Below, one piece after another: positions 39,869 through 53,200 of a stretch of DNA of 64,000 nt (positions are counted from its first letter, which is position 1; the number at the start of each line of letters is the position of its first letter). The translations under genes and the position numbers were made by a program. Location of the stretch: positions 22,878,001-22,942,000 of the forward strand of contig JBHGNT010000002.1 of the NCBI GenBank assembly GCA_043228905.1. The letters run 5' to 3'. This DNA is from Azolla caroliniana (Eukaryota; Plantae; Polypodiophyta). The notes beneath the pieces were generated by a model, which saw nothing but the letters and a program-made list of their open reading frames with translations, was not told the DNA's origin and did not search any database.

Positions 39869-41348
39869 TTAACATCTTTTAAGAGGCCAAAATGGCCTAT
39901 AAGATCAAATAAGAGATTACATCTTAAGTGTTGTCTCGTCTTTGAGAACAAATCAAAATAAAATAAATGAGGGAATCTGGTTTTTGGCACATGTGAGATC
40001 CTCAAGTTAGGTATATTGTAGCTTTTGTCTTCAAAAGATCTCTAGCATAGGTTGATCCAGAATGGAAATGTCTCCGAAGCGAGGGAAGCACCTACGATGG
40101 CGGGTGATAATGGCTTTTATCTATTGATGACAAGGGCGTTGAGGTCGTGGTCCATGGGGCCGGGGCCTACGGGCATGGAAAATTGCCATTGCTCGATCAA
40201 TTGTAACCCCTTTGTTATGTCTTGGTCTGAAGCCCATTTGTGTATCCTGTGATTGACTTGTAGTGTTAGTAGGAGTGATGGGGCTAAAGAAAGTTGTGAT
40301 TGTTCTTTGTGGATAAGCTTGTGTGGCTGTATTCTTCAACAACTTTTCCCGATGTCTCTTGAGCTCTAGCAAGAAAAGTCCTAGGCATCGTTGGTCCTCA
40401 TATTCCATTACCTTGCGTAGTGGGCCAAAGCCTTGTTTAAAGAGGCAATGGTATCTCCCTCTGATTTCATAGAAGACACCACAATGACAAACATAGTGTT
40501 CTTCAGATTCCACTCCTTGATGACACGGCAAATTCTCTCTTCTAGAAGTAGTCGTGTATATCTGCCTACCTCAATTTGTAGTTGATGTGATGAAGTTTGC
40601 AGCTGCCCTATCACAGTACGCAACGTATAGGATAGATGTATGTCCATGTAAGGTGGCCTCATGACAAATCCATCCTCCGATGTATGTAAGAAGTGTGTCT
40701 TAGTCTTACAGTGGGCCATCTTTGTACCAAGTGGTATTTTGGGGCTGATCCATGTTATCTTGTTTTCGAAGTTAATAATATCAGTTCGGATCACTCTATT
40801 CTTTTCCACTTTGGTCATATTTAAATGGGGACAGTCCAAGCTATATTGGAATGGGGGTAATGCATTTATACTCATGTCATGTGACTCGAACCATTGCTGC
40901 ATTTCAGCATACCAACAATGAGTGTCTCCATTTTCAGCCAGTTGTCTTGATGACATAAGTGCCAACCTTGGGTACCTTCGTTTAGGGAGCTCACAAAGAC
41001 GTTGGATAAATGTCACTGATCGGAACAATGCCTCGGTTGTTATAGGTGCTGCTCCAATCTCTGCCCGGATTATATCGTGGGGCACCGATGCTTTGCTCCT
41101 TATCATGCGAACAATCATTGACACTAAAGGTCTCTCTAAATCTTTCCAATGATTTGCCTTGTTAAGATTTGGTCCCCATGTCTCTACTCCATAGAGAAGA
41201 GTTGGTGTGACAAGTGTATCAAATAACCATAGCTTAGTCCGTGGCTCTTGGAACTACAAATGTGCACATTGTCTCTCGAGAGCACCAAGGGCTACATATC
41301 CACGAGAAAGCCGGGCACAAGCAGCCTCCTGTAAGGAGAACCTTGTGC

Positions 41349-41411
<63 letters not shown>

Positions 41412-41638
41412 GTGTCTGTGTACACTAATCTTGTAAAGGGTGCATGATAGATATACCATATCACCTTGTGTGCACAGGAAAATATGCTGCAAGAAAGATT
41501 CAAGAATGCAACATTTCAGGTATAAGAACAGGAGAGATCATGCATCCCAGTCCAGCAAATCCACAAGCGAACAATGAATGGTCCAAGAAAATTGAACAAC
41601 AACTTGAACAACTCGGAGTTGTGTTTCCAAAAGAATGA
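36630..41638 (+). CDS. SMUG1: SMUG1-type single-strand-selective monofunctional uracil-DNA glycosylase (UDG family 3), 8 exons
   Basis: Exons 36630-37060, 38345-38400, 38493-38554, 38762-38821, 38940-39005, 39279-39397, 39647-39762, 41478-41638, all GT-AG and in phase. Joined protein: ...VYNPLVYAQIPHEQYIRKHGGHKVQVLLVGMNPGPYGMAQTGVPFGD...HPKRPINGFDCQRSEISGRRLWGW...VQNYCPLVF..SGKNHTPDKL...VVGIGKYA...IMHPSPANPQANNEW...QLGVVFPKE*. The start codon is the least certain part. Confidence 0.93.
39866..41345 (-). mobile_element. 5'-truncated non-LTR retrotransposon (RTE/RTE-X-like) in SMUG1 intron 7
   Basis: [26 protein letters not shown]...EERIC, CHQGVESEEHYVCHC. 3' UTR is shared with copies at 45130 and 53330. 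Flanked by (GA)n on both sides. Confidence 0.85.
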
Positions 41639-42079
41639 TTGCCTTCAAATTGTAAATGAGAAGGTTATTCGTAATCTAACCTGATTTTTACCCACTTCAA
41701 TATTCTATATATTATCTATATGAATGATGTAAAATGAATGAGCAGTGTTTCCTAAATATAAGGTTGTTTTTGCTTATTTGAGTAATGTATCTTCTTATAT
41801 GAAAGTTATCGACTCTGACTTTTGCAAATAGCCTTAATATGCACTAATAACTGAAATGCATGCTTAACTATTTTTCTGAATATTGATATTGAAAAGTTTT
41901 TGCAAGTGAATTCATTTGTTAGAGTGGGATATAATGTCTTAAACTTATCTCCAATGTTCTAACTTGCATGGATATTGCTTTAAATTTTCAAATTTCCATC
42001 TCTAGATGCATGAGGATATGCAACCATGACATGGAAGTTGTTGCTTATTATCAAAGGATAAATGAATGATAACTTGTTG

Positions 42080-43080
42080 GAGGTTGATCACATCCATCTA
42101 AGTAGTTTGCTATGAAGGACTTGGTTGATAGATACTAGCTCTTGGTATATTATAAGGAGCATGTCATGCATTTCTCCAAGTTAGGATTTATTATTTGACC
42201 AAAATATTTAGATATGTTCTTATTAAATTCACTAAGGGTTGTCCTTGGACAACTTAGACTATCATCCCACCAACTTGAGATTGAAAATAGTCATGCTCAT
42301 GGGGTTCCTTGAGAGGAAAGGATATGTAGATTATGTCACATAGAGATACAGGATGAGTACCATTTTACATGCAAATGTCCAACTTATGTTGAGACAAGGG
42401 AAAAATACAAAGACATAAAAACACTAGGTAAATATATCTTAAAGCTAAAACAACATAGAGAGTAAGGTACAAAATGTTAACCATAACCTTTCTAGTATTC
42501 ACCAACATGTAACCATTGATTTTTTTCAGGGATAGGGGGGAATGATGAACGTGGACACATCTGCACTAAGCCTTTGCTAAAGCATAAAACCAAATAGCAA
42601 CCAAACGCCCCGGATACCATTTATATTGAGAGACTCTTGACAACATCATGATCTCCCAATGACACTGCATCCTAAACTTACTATTGAAGTTCGAGATGAC
42701 AAAATGCAAGCATGTGTTGATCCCTCTCAATCGAAACCTGAAACTAGATGCTGACTTTGGCACCATAGAGTGTGAGCTGACGTGATATCAGCAATTGGTA
42801 GGAAGCTTAATCTGCCTCTCTATCACCCGTCTCAACCTCAACTATCAAGTTGGCCTCCTTAGCCAAATCATGCAAACACCACGCGACATACATCTAGATT
42901 GTGCTAAGCAAGTACTACGATACGTGAATGGCACTATGGATTACGAGATTCTCTACAAGTCAGCAATGTTGATTCGACTTGAAGGGTACATAGATGCCGA
43001 TTGGGTTGGCCACAAAGTTGACCGATGCTCGACTTCAAAGTTAGTCTTCTCTCTCGGAAGTGGAGCCATATCATAGAGCA
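42080..43080 (+). mobile_element. Ty1/Copia RT-RNaseH remnant interrupted by a LINE fragment (~42135-42600)
   Basis: FAMKDLG at ~42107, then QQLVGSLICL..TR...VLRYVNGT...GYIDADW...SGAIS at 42790-43075. The intervening segment reads LGQLRLSSHQLEIE...ERICRLC..EIQDEYHFTCKCP. Confidence 0.8.
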
Positions 43081-44223
43081 ACAATAAGACTTGAATGAAA
43101 ATAAAACTATAGTCTCAACACATAACCTTTTCATTTATGGAACATGTCACACTCTCATAACATTTTTTTGTACCATGCTAGAACTCTATGAGGTACATAT
43201 GCTTAGGTACACATACTCTTGAAAAAAAAATAAAAAAATTCCAATGATTAGGTACATATGCCATTATTATAAACAATTGTCTCATGGGCCAAACTTTGTC
43301 TTAGAAGACATTAATATATCTTTCTTAATTTCACTCTATGAGTGTTAATCAATTTATATCCAGCATCTACCTAAGATAGATAAATAGTGTATAAGATTCA
43401 CATGTCTTAACTTTTTGTCTTGTATATGACATCAGCAAATAATTACATTTCTCCTTGCATTTTTGAGATGAGAACATCTAAATAGCTCAGTCACCAATTC
43501 AAGATGGTATCCATGTTTCAATAACTAACAGTTTGTATGAGACCTAGGCACGTGTATTTAAAATGAACCCCTCAAAAGAAAGCGGAGTTCAACACAAATT
43601 TTATGCAATATATACAATATGCTGGGATGAGGTCCAAAGAAAGCACCAAAATGGGGCAGAATACACCCCAAATATTATAGTTATAAAACATTTTCAATAC
43701 AAAATTAGTGAGTGGATCCTCGTTAAAGAAAGCAACTTCAGGCCAAATTTACTCTAATATACAACATATATGATCTACTATATTTCAAACATATTTTCAA
43801 TAGACACATGAGAGGACCATGACTTGAAATTAAAAATAAATAAATCAGACAGTATGTTTGATGTAGCATCCAGGGCTCAGTTCAAAATGATGCCCTCAAA
43901 ACTTGCTATTGTTTGATTCTTTACCCACTATACAACAGAACGAATGTATTCTATACAAGATTATGGCATATACAGGCCTATTTCAATACAAACACGAGAA
44001 AACCATTGCACAAGAAAGAATTTAAAGAATCGGACATTACAAATGATGTAGCATCTAGGAGGAATCAGTAGATAATGATGCTCTCAAAACTTGCTCTTGT
44101 TTGATCCCTCCAGTTCTACTATATAACAGAAAGAATGGATTCTATACAAGATTATGGCATATATACTTGAAGCTTCAGGCAAAATCAATCACCAGGGGTC
44201 TGATTGTTCAACATGTAATTAAT

Positions 44224-47200
44224 TCAATCTACAAGACTAGCATGCAGAAATGGTACAACTTCATAATTGCCTTCTTGAACCATCAGCTCGCTCTCAACAC
44301 ATTTCCAACCTGACAACCCTGATATAATAATCTTCTTGAATTCCAGAACCAGATTACCAGTTGGGATATCCCTAACCTGATAGCAAAGAAAATTTGAAGA
44401 ATTAAAACAAATATGATAAAAAGGACACAGTAAAAACATAAGACGCTTCTGAAAAACCAAATCTTTTATGACAGAAAGAGTATAAACCAGCTGCTGCTTG
44501 AACTAAGAAGTACAGTTGCACAAAATCTTCAATGCACACAAACATACAGTGTGACATCAAGAGAACTGTTTGTGCAGCTGGTGGAGACACCTACCAAACC
44601 AGAGATCCTAAGGCATGGATGAAAGTGCAACATTCAACGTACAAGTAGTTAAGACCGTTATTAACTATGCTGGCTTAAACTTAAAGGAGAATTATTTGAC
44701 TCATTTTGGGCAGAACAATTACAGTACAGTAAGCTGTGCACATCTGAAACCCTATCACTAAAGCATAACAGGCAGCATGTCCCACATCAACCTGCATCTG
44801 TAAGAAATTTTCAAAAAAAACTTTGAATTATAATAATGTTCAGATACATATCAGAAAATGATATGTAGAAGGTGACCCCGTAGAGCTTGTAACCCGAAGC
44901 TCATAATAAGTTTCTTCACAAAAATGAGAAGTTACCACATGAAGCTCAAGATCTGAAATATTTGCAAAAATATTTAGTGAGAATAATGAGATAAAGGGAG
45001 AGTAACAACTGCCACATTTTGCATCATGTTCTCAGAGTTACTATAAATAGTAGTTCCATTTCTCTTTCACTTGCTCTCAAATAGACTTCTTTTGAGAAAA
45101 GAATGAAATAAAATTGCTGAAGGACAAGATTACCGTATTTTAAGAGGCCAAAATGGCCTATAAGTCCAAATAAGAGATTACATCTGAAGTGTTGTCTCAT
45201 CTTTGAGAACTGAAAACCAAAATAAACATAACTAAGTAGAAACAGAATTAAGGAGAGACTAAAGAATCTTGTCATCTATATGTATAAGATTCTCTGATCA
45301 ATATGTTTTTACTTTTTGTCTTTGAAAAATCTCTAGCATAGGTCAATCTAGAACAGAGAAGTCTCCGAAGTGAGGAAGCACTTGCGATGGCAGGAGATAA
45401 TGGCCTTATTATCTGTTCAATAACAATTTTGATGAGATTGTGGTCCACAATGCTGGGCCCTATGTGCATGGCAAAGCCTATCTATTGATGAGCTTGTGTC
45501 ACTGTAGTATTGTCCTTTAACAACTTTTCCCTGTGCCACTTGAGTTCTTGTTTTGGGGCTGATTCCTGTTAACTTGTTTTCCAAATCAACAATATCAGTT
45601 CAGATCACTCTATTCTTTTCCACTTTGGTCATGTTTACATGGGGACAATCTAAGGTATATACGAATCGGGGTAGTGCATTTATGCTTATGCCATGTGACT
45701 CAAACCATTGTTGCATTTCAGCATACCAACAACAAACATCTCCATGTTCAGCAAGTTATTTTGATGACATAACGTGCTAACCTTGAGTACCTTTGTTGAG
45801 GGTTCTCCTAAAGCCATTGGATATAGGTTATTGATCAGAATAATTCCCAGATTATTATAAGGGATGCTCTGATCTCTGCCTGGATTATATCATGGGGGCA
45901 CAAATGCTTTGGTACTTATCATGTGGGCAATCATTGAGACTAAAGGTCTCTCTAAATCTTTCCAGCTATATGCCTTGTTAAGACTCGGTCCCCATGTTTC
46001 TACTCCATAGAGAAGAGTTGGTGTCACAAATGTCTCTATCAAATAGCCACAATTTAGTTTGTGGCTCTTGGAACTGCAAATGTGCACATTGTCTTTTGAG
46101 AGTTCCAAGGCTGCATATCGACGAGAAAATCAGGCACAAGCGGCCTTCTGTAAGGGGAACCTAGGCCCCATAAATGTTACTCCTAGGTATGTATGCCACC
46201 GTTTCCTCTCCCAAGAAGAATTCTGGTTCTGATCTTGTTATCCATGCTTGAGTGGTGTTAAACACCATAACTTTCGTTTTATCCATGTTTATTGACAAAC
46301 CTTTGTCTGTACAAAATACTTTTAAGACGTTTTGATGTCTTTGTAGTTCCTTTGGAGAGTTAGAAATCAGCACAATATCATCAGTGTATAGTAATATTTG
46401 TATAGCTATGTCTGTTAGACATGTTCCCAAACCCGAGTCTATGTAATGTGATACCTCACATTACAGAGACTGAAGAGATCGGGGTACACCATAAAGCCAG
46501 AATGAAGGACTTAATCTTATAAATAGTGAGAAGAACATTTAGAATCTTAACAAGACAAACCTGAAACAAAAATCAGAGAACTAGAAAATTGTGCATACCG
46601 GAAATCATAGCTTGGAGGGTGCCTATATAAAATCACATTTCACATTTTGAAAAGATTTATTTTGATTTTCAATTTAACTACAGACTGGCAAGTTGTTACA
46701 TAAACTCTTATAAAGCTTGGCATCCCTTCATTGCCACTCAATCAGAATGGAAAGTTTGTCTTTATTTCTCAATACAAGGTAAATTGGCCTGCAATTTGCA
46801 CAATGCCTCGTATCACAATTATCTTGTTCCAGCATAGATAATTCAAATAATTGTAATCATGACCTGAGTTTTAAACAATCTCGAGCACTCCCAATTTGCA
46901 ATGCTATATCCTTAACTACATCTAAATTATTGCCCTTACATCTCTCATCTCTGAAGCAGTGAGTACCAAGAGGATTAATGGAGATATATGGAAGAACTGG
47001 AGCATCAAACAGAATTGTAGCTCACAGTCATTACTCTCTTCAGACAACGGTGCCACCAAAGGAGAGAGACCCATAATTTTTGTAAGTCCCAAAAAACAGA
47101 TAAGCTTGAATTCACATAAATCACGGAGTGAATGTAGGCATTTGAATAGCAAATAACATAAGGGCCTAGAGTGAGGATTCAATATTGGTCTTAATGGAAT

Positions 47201-50200
47201 TATATTTCATTGAGATTTCCGCTATATTTATGCGCAATTATCTTGCTTTCGTTATTTGATGTTTGTTAATACAAATATTGATGCAACATCTTCATTTTCA
47301 AGAAAGGTATGAAATAAAATGAAGGTATGAAATCACACTCATCAGTACATGATAGGAATCAAGAAAATTTAAAAGGTCAACTATACAATACTAACAAAAA
47401 AGAGAAAACTACAGTTCGGTATACAGCTTTCATACCTCTCATGAGGAAATTCCTCCCAAATTTGAATGCAGCCACACTTTATATGTCTGATACAAATTTC
47501 GTTTTCAGCATCTGCAATTTTCAGCTTAGCAAAATTTCAACTGGATCGTAACACTTGTTACCTGAACCAAAGTCTCCATCAGTAAACAATAGTGTCCATC
47601 TTTTCCCATCCTTCGCAGACTTTAAATGCCCTACAACTCCATCAGTCTTCTTCCCTCGGTTTTTCTTTGACATTATGAGCTTCATCACATAATTGTGCCA
47701 TTCGAGCTTTCCTTGGTTTCTTTTGCCTGGCTTCAGCAACCCTCATTTCAGCGATAACCTGATTTTGATCATCTCCATTTGCTTGGATATCATCGATGGA
47801 TGCTGGATTCAAATTATTAATTTGCCATTGTTTCTTTTGCCTGGCCTCAGCAACCCTCATGTCAGAGATTACCGCATCGATGGATGTTGGATTCAAATTA
47901 TTAATTTGCCATGTATCTACAGACTTTTCCTTTGGTAAATCAGGACAAACCGACATAGTTACTGATGTGTGTGCTTCTACCATTTTGACCCCATTTGATT
48001 TCTTTCGATAGTCAGCCAATAATTCATCAGGACTATAATTTGACATGCCATCTTCTACTTGATTGGAAATTGAAAGCTGGTCTTTCCAGATGTTCTCATG
48101 GTCAAGTTTAAAATTCTCCTTCTGAAATTCTATCAGATCCTTATGATCATCATCATTTGAACTGGAAGAGCTAGATGTGGCATCAATGCTACTTTCACTT
48201 TCACAAGATGAAAGTGCAAAATCTGAACTAAAGGATTGCTGGATTAACTCATCTTCCAAATCTTGGCGTTTTTGAAGAACATCTTTGTGATAATGGGGAG
48301 GGGATGACATGGCATCGCCTGTTCTTCCTTGTGACTCCACTACCTCATCGATGAGTTTCCATGATCCAAAGCCTTCGCTCATCTTGTTCTGTTCTTCATA
48401 ATATAAGCCATTTTGCCTGGTTTCATCTATATTTTTCATATCTGACTGTTTCAGGAATTCTGCACCATTTTCAATGTCTAAATAGACATTTGATGTTGCT
48501 GACATTCTTGAACTAGTTACTGAAGAGAGTATGCCAGTACTAACACCTTTACTAAGAGAAGAATTTTCCTCATTATCTTTCATATGTTTATCATGTTCCA
48601 TTTCTTTTTCCAAGTTTTTCTTACTTTCCTGCACATCTGTTAAGTCACCCATCGAAGTCTTATGTTGTTGCCTCTTACGTCTCCTCCAAAATTTCCTCAA
48701 GTCTTGTAGCTTCAAATCCCTCATCAACATTGACTTCTCATTTTGCAGGTCATATTTTGGATGAGCCTCTTGTCCAGCAGGAAGTTCATTATTATCCAAA
48801 AAAAGCCGTAATTCCTGGAGCCAGTTTATAGAATTTTCCATCTTCAATGCTTCGGCTTTCTGCATTAGTTGAATAGCTTCTAATTTTTGTTGCTCACTCT
48901 CATCTGAAGGCAATTGTCTTCTTTCCTTCACATCTCTGGAGTGACTGCTCATGATGGGAAATCCAGGGGATTCATCATTCTCAACTTCATCCATGACCAT
49001 CTCCACATCTTGTATTAAAGCAAGCCTGGATAACTTTCTCTAAAATGATAAATAAATAACACTGTAAGTAATTAAAACAGTTGGCATCTTCTCCTGTAAT
49101 AAGGATTCATTAAATAATTTACCCGAGGAGCATTGTTTCCCTCAGGAGATGCATGTTGAAGGTCAACTTGCATGTCGCCTTGTCTTGCTGGGTTATAGGA
49201 TCCATGCAGAGTCTCAAATTGTTGTCGCCTCGAAATAATCTTATTAACCCTCCAAAGCTCTGACTTGGAAACTTTTCTCCCATCTAAATATATCTGGAAA
49301 TTTTCATAGTTTCTTATTGCTAAAGTACAAACTCAAACACTTACTTACAATTCCATATCTATCAAACCTAAATTGTTACCATAGTAGGATTTGGAAAAAA
49401 ACTGTAAACTTCTTCTCTGTAAATTGTATATGTACTTATTGGATTTCCTTCGAGGAAAATAATCTGGAGAGCTGGAATAGTAGCTAATGCATGAATCTCG
49501 TTGAATTTGGAGATCAGGTTGTTGGAAAGGTCCAGTGCCTCTAAAGAAGTTAGTGCAGCAATCCCATGCACACTCACAAGTGCATTATTCTTTAGCACCA
49601 GTTTTGTAATCTGACTTGTGACCTACAGATCATCAAGCATCATGTCCATCTATGCTAATCAGTTGAGGAATACAGAGAATTTTAGCATAAAGTTTATTTA
49701 CTTCATAACCCCAAGTTTCCATTATTTCTAAAAAGCCACAGAACAATTATATGGTTGATTCATTCCATTTGGGCAATTTTGTGATATTTACACATTTACA
49801 TGGTGGATTCATCCACCACAATTATACTGTCAATTCATCCCCTTTTCTTTCTTTTGGAACTTAACCAGCTTAGTGAAATAAGAAAAACTCAAAGATAATT
49901 CAGAGTTTTTCACGTCATATACTTGTTTGTACCTGCTTTAGAGACGAAATATTCCGCAGTTGATTAAATCCAAGATCCAAATATGTCAATTTCGAACAAC
50001 AGTGTAGATTTGCAGCTTTGACAAAACGATTCCTACTGAGATCTAAGGACTGTACAGCAGGTAATAGCTGTAAAGAATCATCCATGAGAACCATGCCATT
50101 GTTCGAACATGAGACAAATGCTAGTCGACCCCAAACTTGAGATTTCTCTACTTCTTGAATGCGCTCTGTAAAAATGTGTCGTAATGCATCCTGTAAAAAA

Positions 50201-53200
50201 GACACAAATGACAAAATCAGACATAAAAACAGAAATCTTGTTGTCTCTTCACATGGTACTGGTCAAATCCAACACGAGGATGCTCAAGCTCATGCGCTCA
50301 TTGCATTGTAAGCAACACAACAGTGTTCCACGTGGCCAATCATGCACCACTTCAAAAGGTTCTTGAGATATACCAAAAAAACTTGTATGCCATGATTAAG
50401 TCCAGCTTGATGGCACAACGATACAAGAAGGTAACAACATGAGCACATTCTTCACAAAGATCAAAGACCCCAAGGAACGATTGCACAAAATCAATGAAGT
50501 CATTTCAGACAAGCAATTAGCTTGCAAGATTTTTGCGGCTTTTTCCCATTCATATCAAGGCTTTACAACTACCATAAGGCTCCTTACAAGAGGTAATGAG
50601 AGTTACAACATCGATGAACAAGTTCACCTTCTCTTATGGGAACCTCAATTTTGAGTGAATCAAGATGTTCTAAGAAATGGAGATCAAGCTTTGGTTACAT
50701 CTTCAAAATTCAAAGCCAAAGCAACTTCTCTTCCAACGGTGATAAACTTCTCATGGCGAGAGGAAGAAGAAATGGTGCAATTATTGTCCTAAACCAGGCC
50801 ATAACATTAATTAATGTTGAAAGAGGAAGGCAAATAAAGGCAAGAAAAACAAGCTGGTCTTTGTTTGCCACTTCAACTGGTTGAAGGAAGAAGTATCACA
50901 GCTCAAGATGAGCGGGCATTCTCCATTTCCACAACGTATGATCATTCAAAGCGTAAAACATGTATACCAGTAAGTGAGTCTAACAATGCTTGGTATTTTC
51001 ATATTGTTGCTTCAAAGCACATAACCGCTTGTAAGAATTTCTTTGTTAGTCTTGAGGATACACCTAAAGGGGGATTGTTGTCTGCCAGTAATGATTCTTA
51101 TGTCATTCGAGTCATTGGTTAAGTTCATATACGATGGCCAATGGGGATTAGTCATCTTAAACAATGTTCTCTATGTCCACATCATAAAGAAAAACTGTCT
51201 TCCGTTGCTACCTTTCTATGCTTGGCTATCCCATTTCTCTAAATGCACACCCCATGATGGCGATTTAGATAGCTTGGTCAACAACCTTTATAAGGTTGAT
51301 ATATATCAGAAATTTGATGACCAAAAAGCTTGCAGTGGATGTTCAAACCCTCGACCTTCATAAGCCTGGTATGGCCACTTAAATTTTGGCAGGAATTGCA
51401 TAACTTAGTAAAGACAGTATGGTATGAAATCTCCCTTCGATTCAAGCACCATCTAATCGTGTATATGAGGGTTATATTCCATGAAAGATGCACAAATTCA
51501 CATTCCTGAAAGATGCAAAATGTTGAGTAGATGACCCATAAAGTCAATTAACACCATCAATATATGAGGCTTGGAATGGCCACAAGAAAAATGCTGGCCA
51601 CATAGAGAAACAACATGCTTAAATCAGAGATTTAGTGCAGTGAAAAGACACTCAGGTTAGTCTTTTGTTACAGCTCTATGTGACTGAAATCAAGCAGCCA
51701 AACAATACTCCAATTTCAAGGATGTCTACAATTATAAGCTACAATTGCTACAGCCACAAAGGGCGGAAGACGTCAAAACTGCCTTCTTGAATGGAGACTC
51801 TGAAGAAGAGGTTTATATAACTCAGCCTCTTGATATTGTTGTCAAACATGTAGAAGGTAAAGTTTGCAAATTACATAAAACCTTGTATGGTTTGAAGCAA
51901 AGACCTTGAGCATGCTGTGCAAAGATCCACACTCACTTTCCCCAACTTGTTTTTGTAAAAAGCTCAACCAAAAGCACTCTCTATGTACAAAAGGATTGAA
52001 AAAAACTGCGGATAGTGGTGCTTCACGTTGATGATTTTCTAATCACAAGACTTAATGAGCAAGAAATTGTAGATTTCAAGGCTTATTTGAGTAGAACATT
52101 CGAAATTAAAGATCTTGACCATCTGCACTACTGTTTCAGCATTAAATACTTGCAGTTGAGAGGGACATTTTTCTCGAGTCCATGAAAATACATTTAGAAG
52201 CTTCTGCGATGATTCAGGTTGAACCAGGTTGATTTCTACCCATGTTGAACCAGGCTGATTTCTCCCCATGTTGAACCAGGCTTCCGATTCTTTGATCAAG
52301 ACAAAAAAAAACCATTTGATGCTCTCTTACATCAGCAAATTGTAGGTTGTCTAATCTTTCTGTGCAACACTTGACTTGAAATATAGTATATAAGCCTCAA
52401 TTAACAAGGGATTGGGCATTCTTATGCATACATTTTTATGAAAGCTCTCTCCTGAAAGAAGTTTCAACATTTTTTCAATGGAGTGGACAATCTTCCAATA
52501 CCTGGATTCTCATCCACAACATTTAAGTTCCCATCTTTCACTTCAGAGATGTCTATTATGCTTGATGTTTATCCTCGCAAGCTTTGGTATAACAAGTGTT
52601 TCATGCCACGTTTTCCTCTAGAACTGGTGAGAGGTTTTTTCCCTATGTGAGCACGCTCGTGAACTTCACAATTTCTTGGTTATCACTGTTGGTCTTCTCA
52701 TGTCATAATTTTTTGGTTATTATTGTTGATTTTCCCACATCATGATTTCTCATCAAATATACAATAACCAGTTTTTATATAGCTTGGTAGTCCTTTAGAA
52801 CTTATTTTTAGGAACCGGTACCCCAAGAATTCCATTAAGCACATTTTCTTAATCCACTCTATTTTTTGTTAAAACCTATGATGTGAGTTGGTCTAGAATC
52901 CTTGCGTTAACAAATCCCAGTATTGTAACAGATCATACATGCAGAATGTGGCAGTTGAACACATGACCTTCCAATCTCCACCAAATAACCTTACCAACTA
53001 AGCTTTATCTATATTATATGCTTCTTTTGTTCGTTGTTTTATTCCTTATCACTACCAAATCATGGAGGTCATTCTCACCATGTTCAACCTGCCCAGGGCA
53101 CCCCAATGCAGTTAGTGTAATTCAGCATTGCCTCCCTCCATCATACCAACCAAAATCGGATACCATGTCCCTTCGCCACCAATCAATCCTTTGGACTCTC

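Noticed and set aside
36630-41638. SMUG1 as bacterial contamination
   Set aside because: Seven spliceosomal introns, host-like AT content, and an intronic LINE shared with neighbouring plant genes show it is integrated nuclear DNA.
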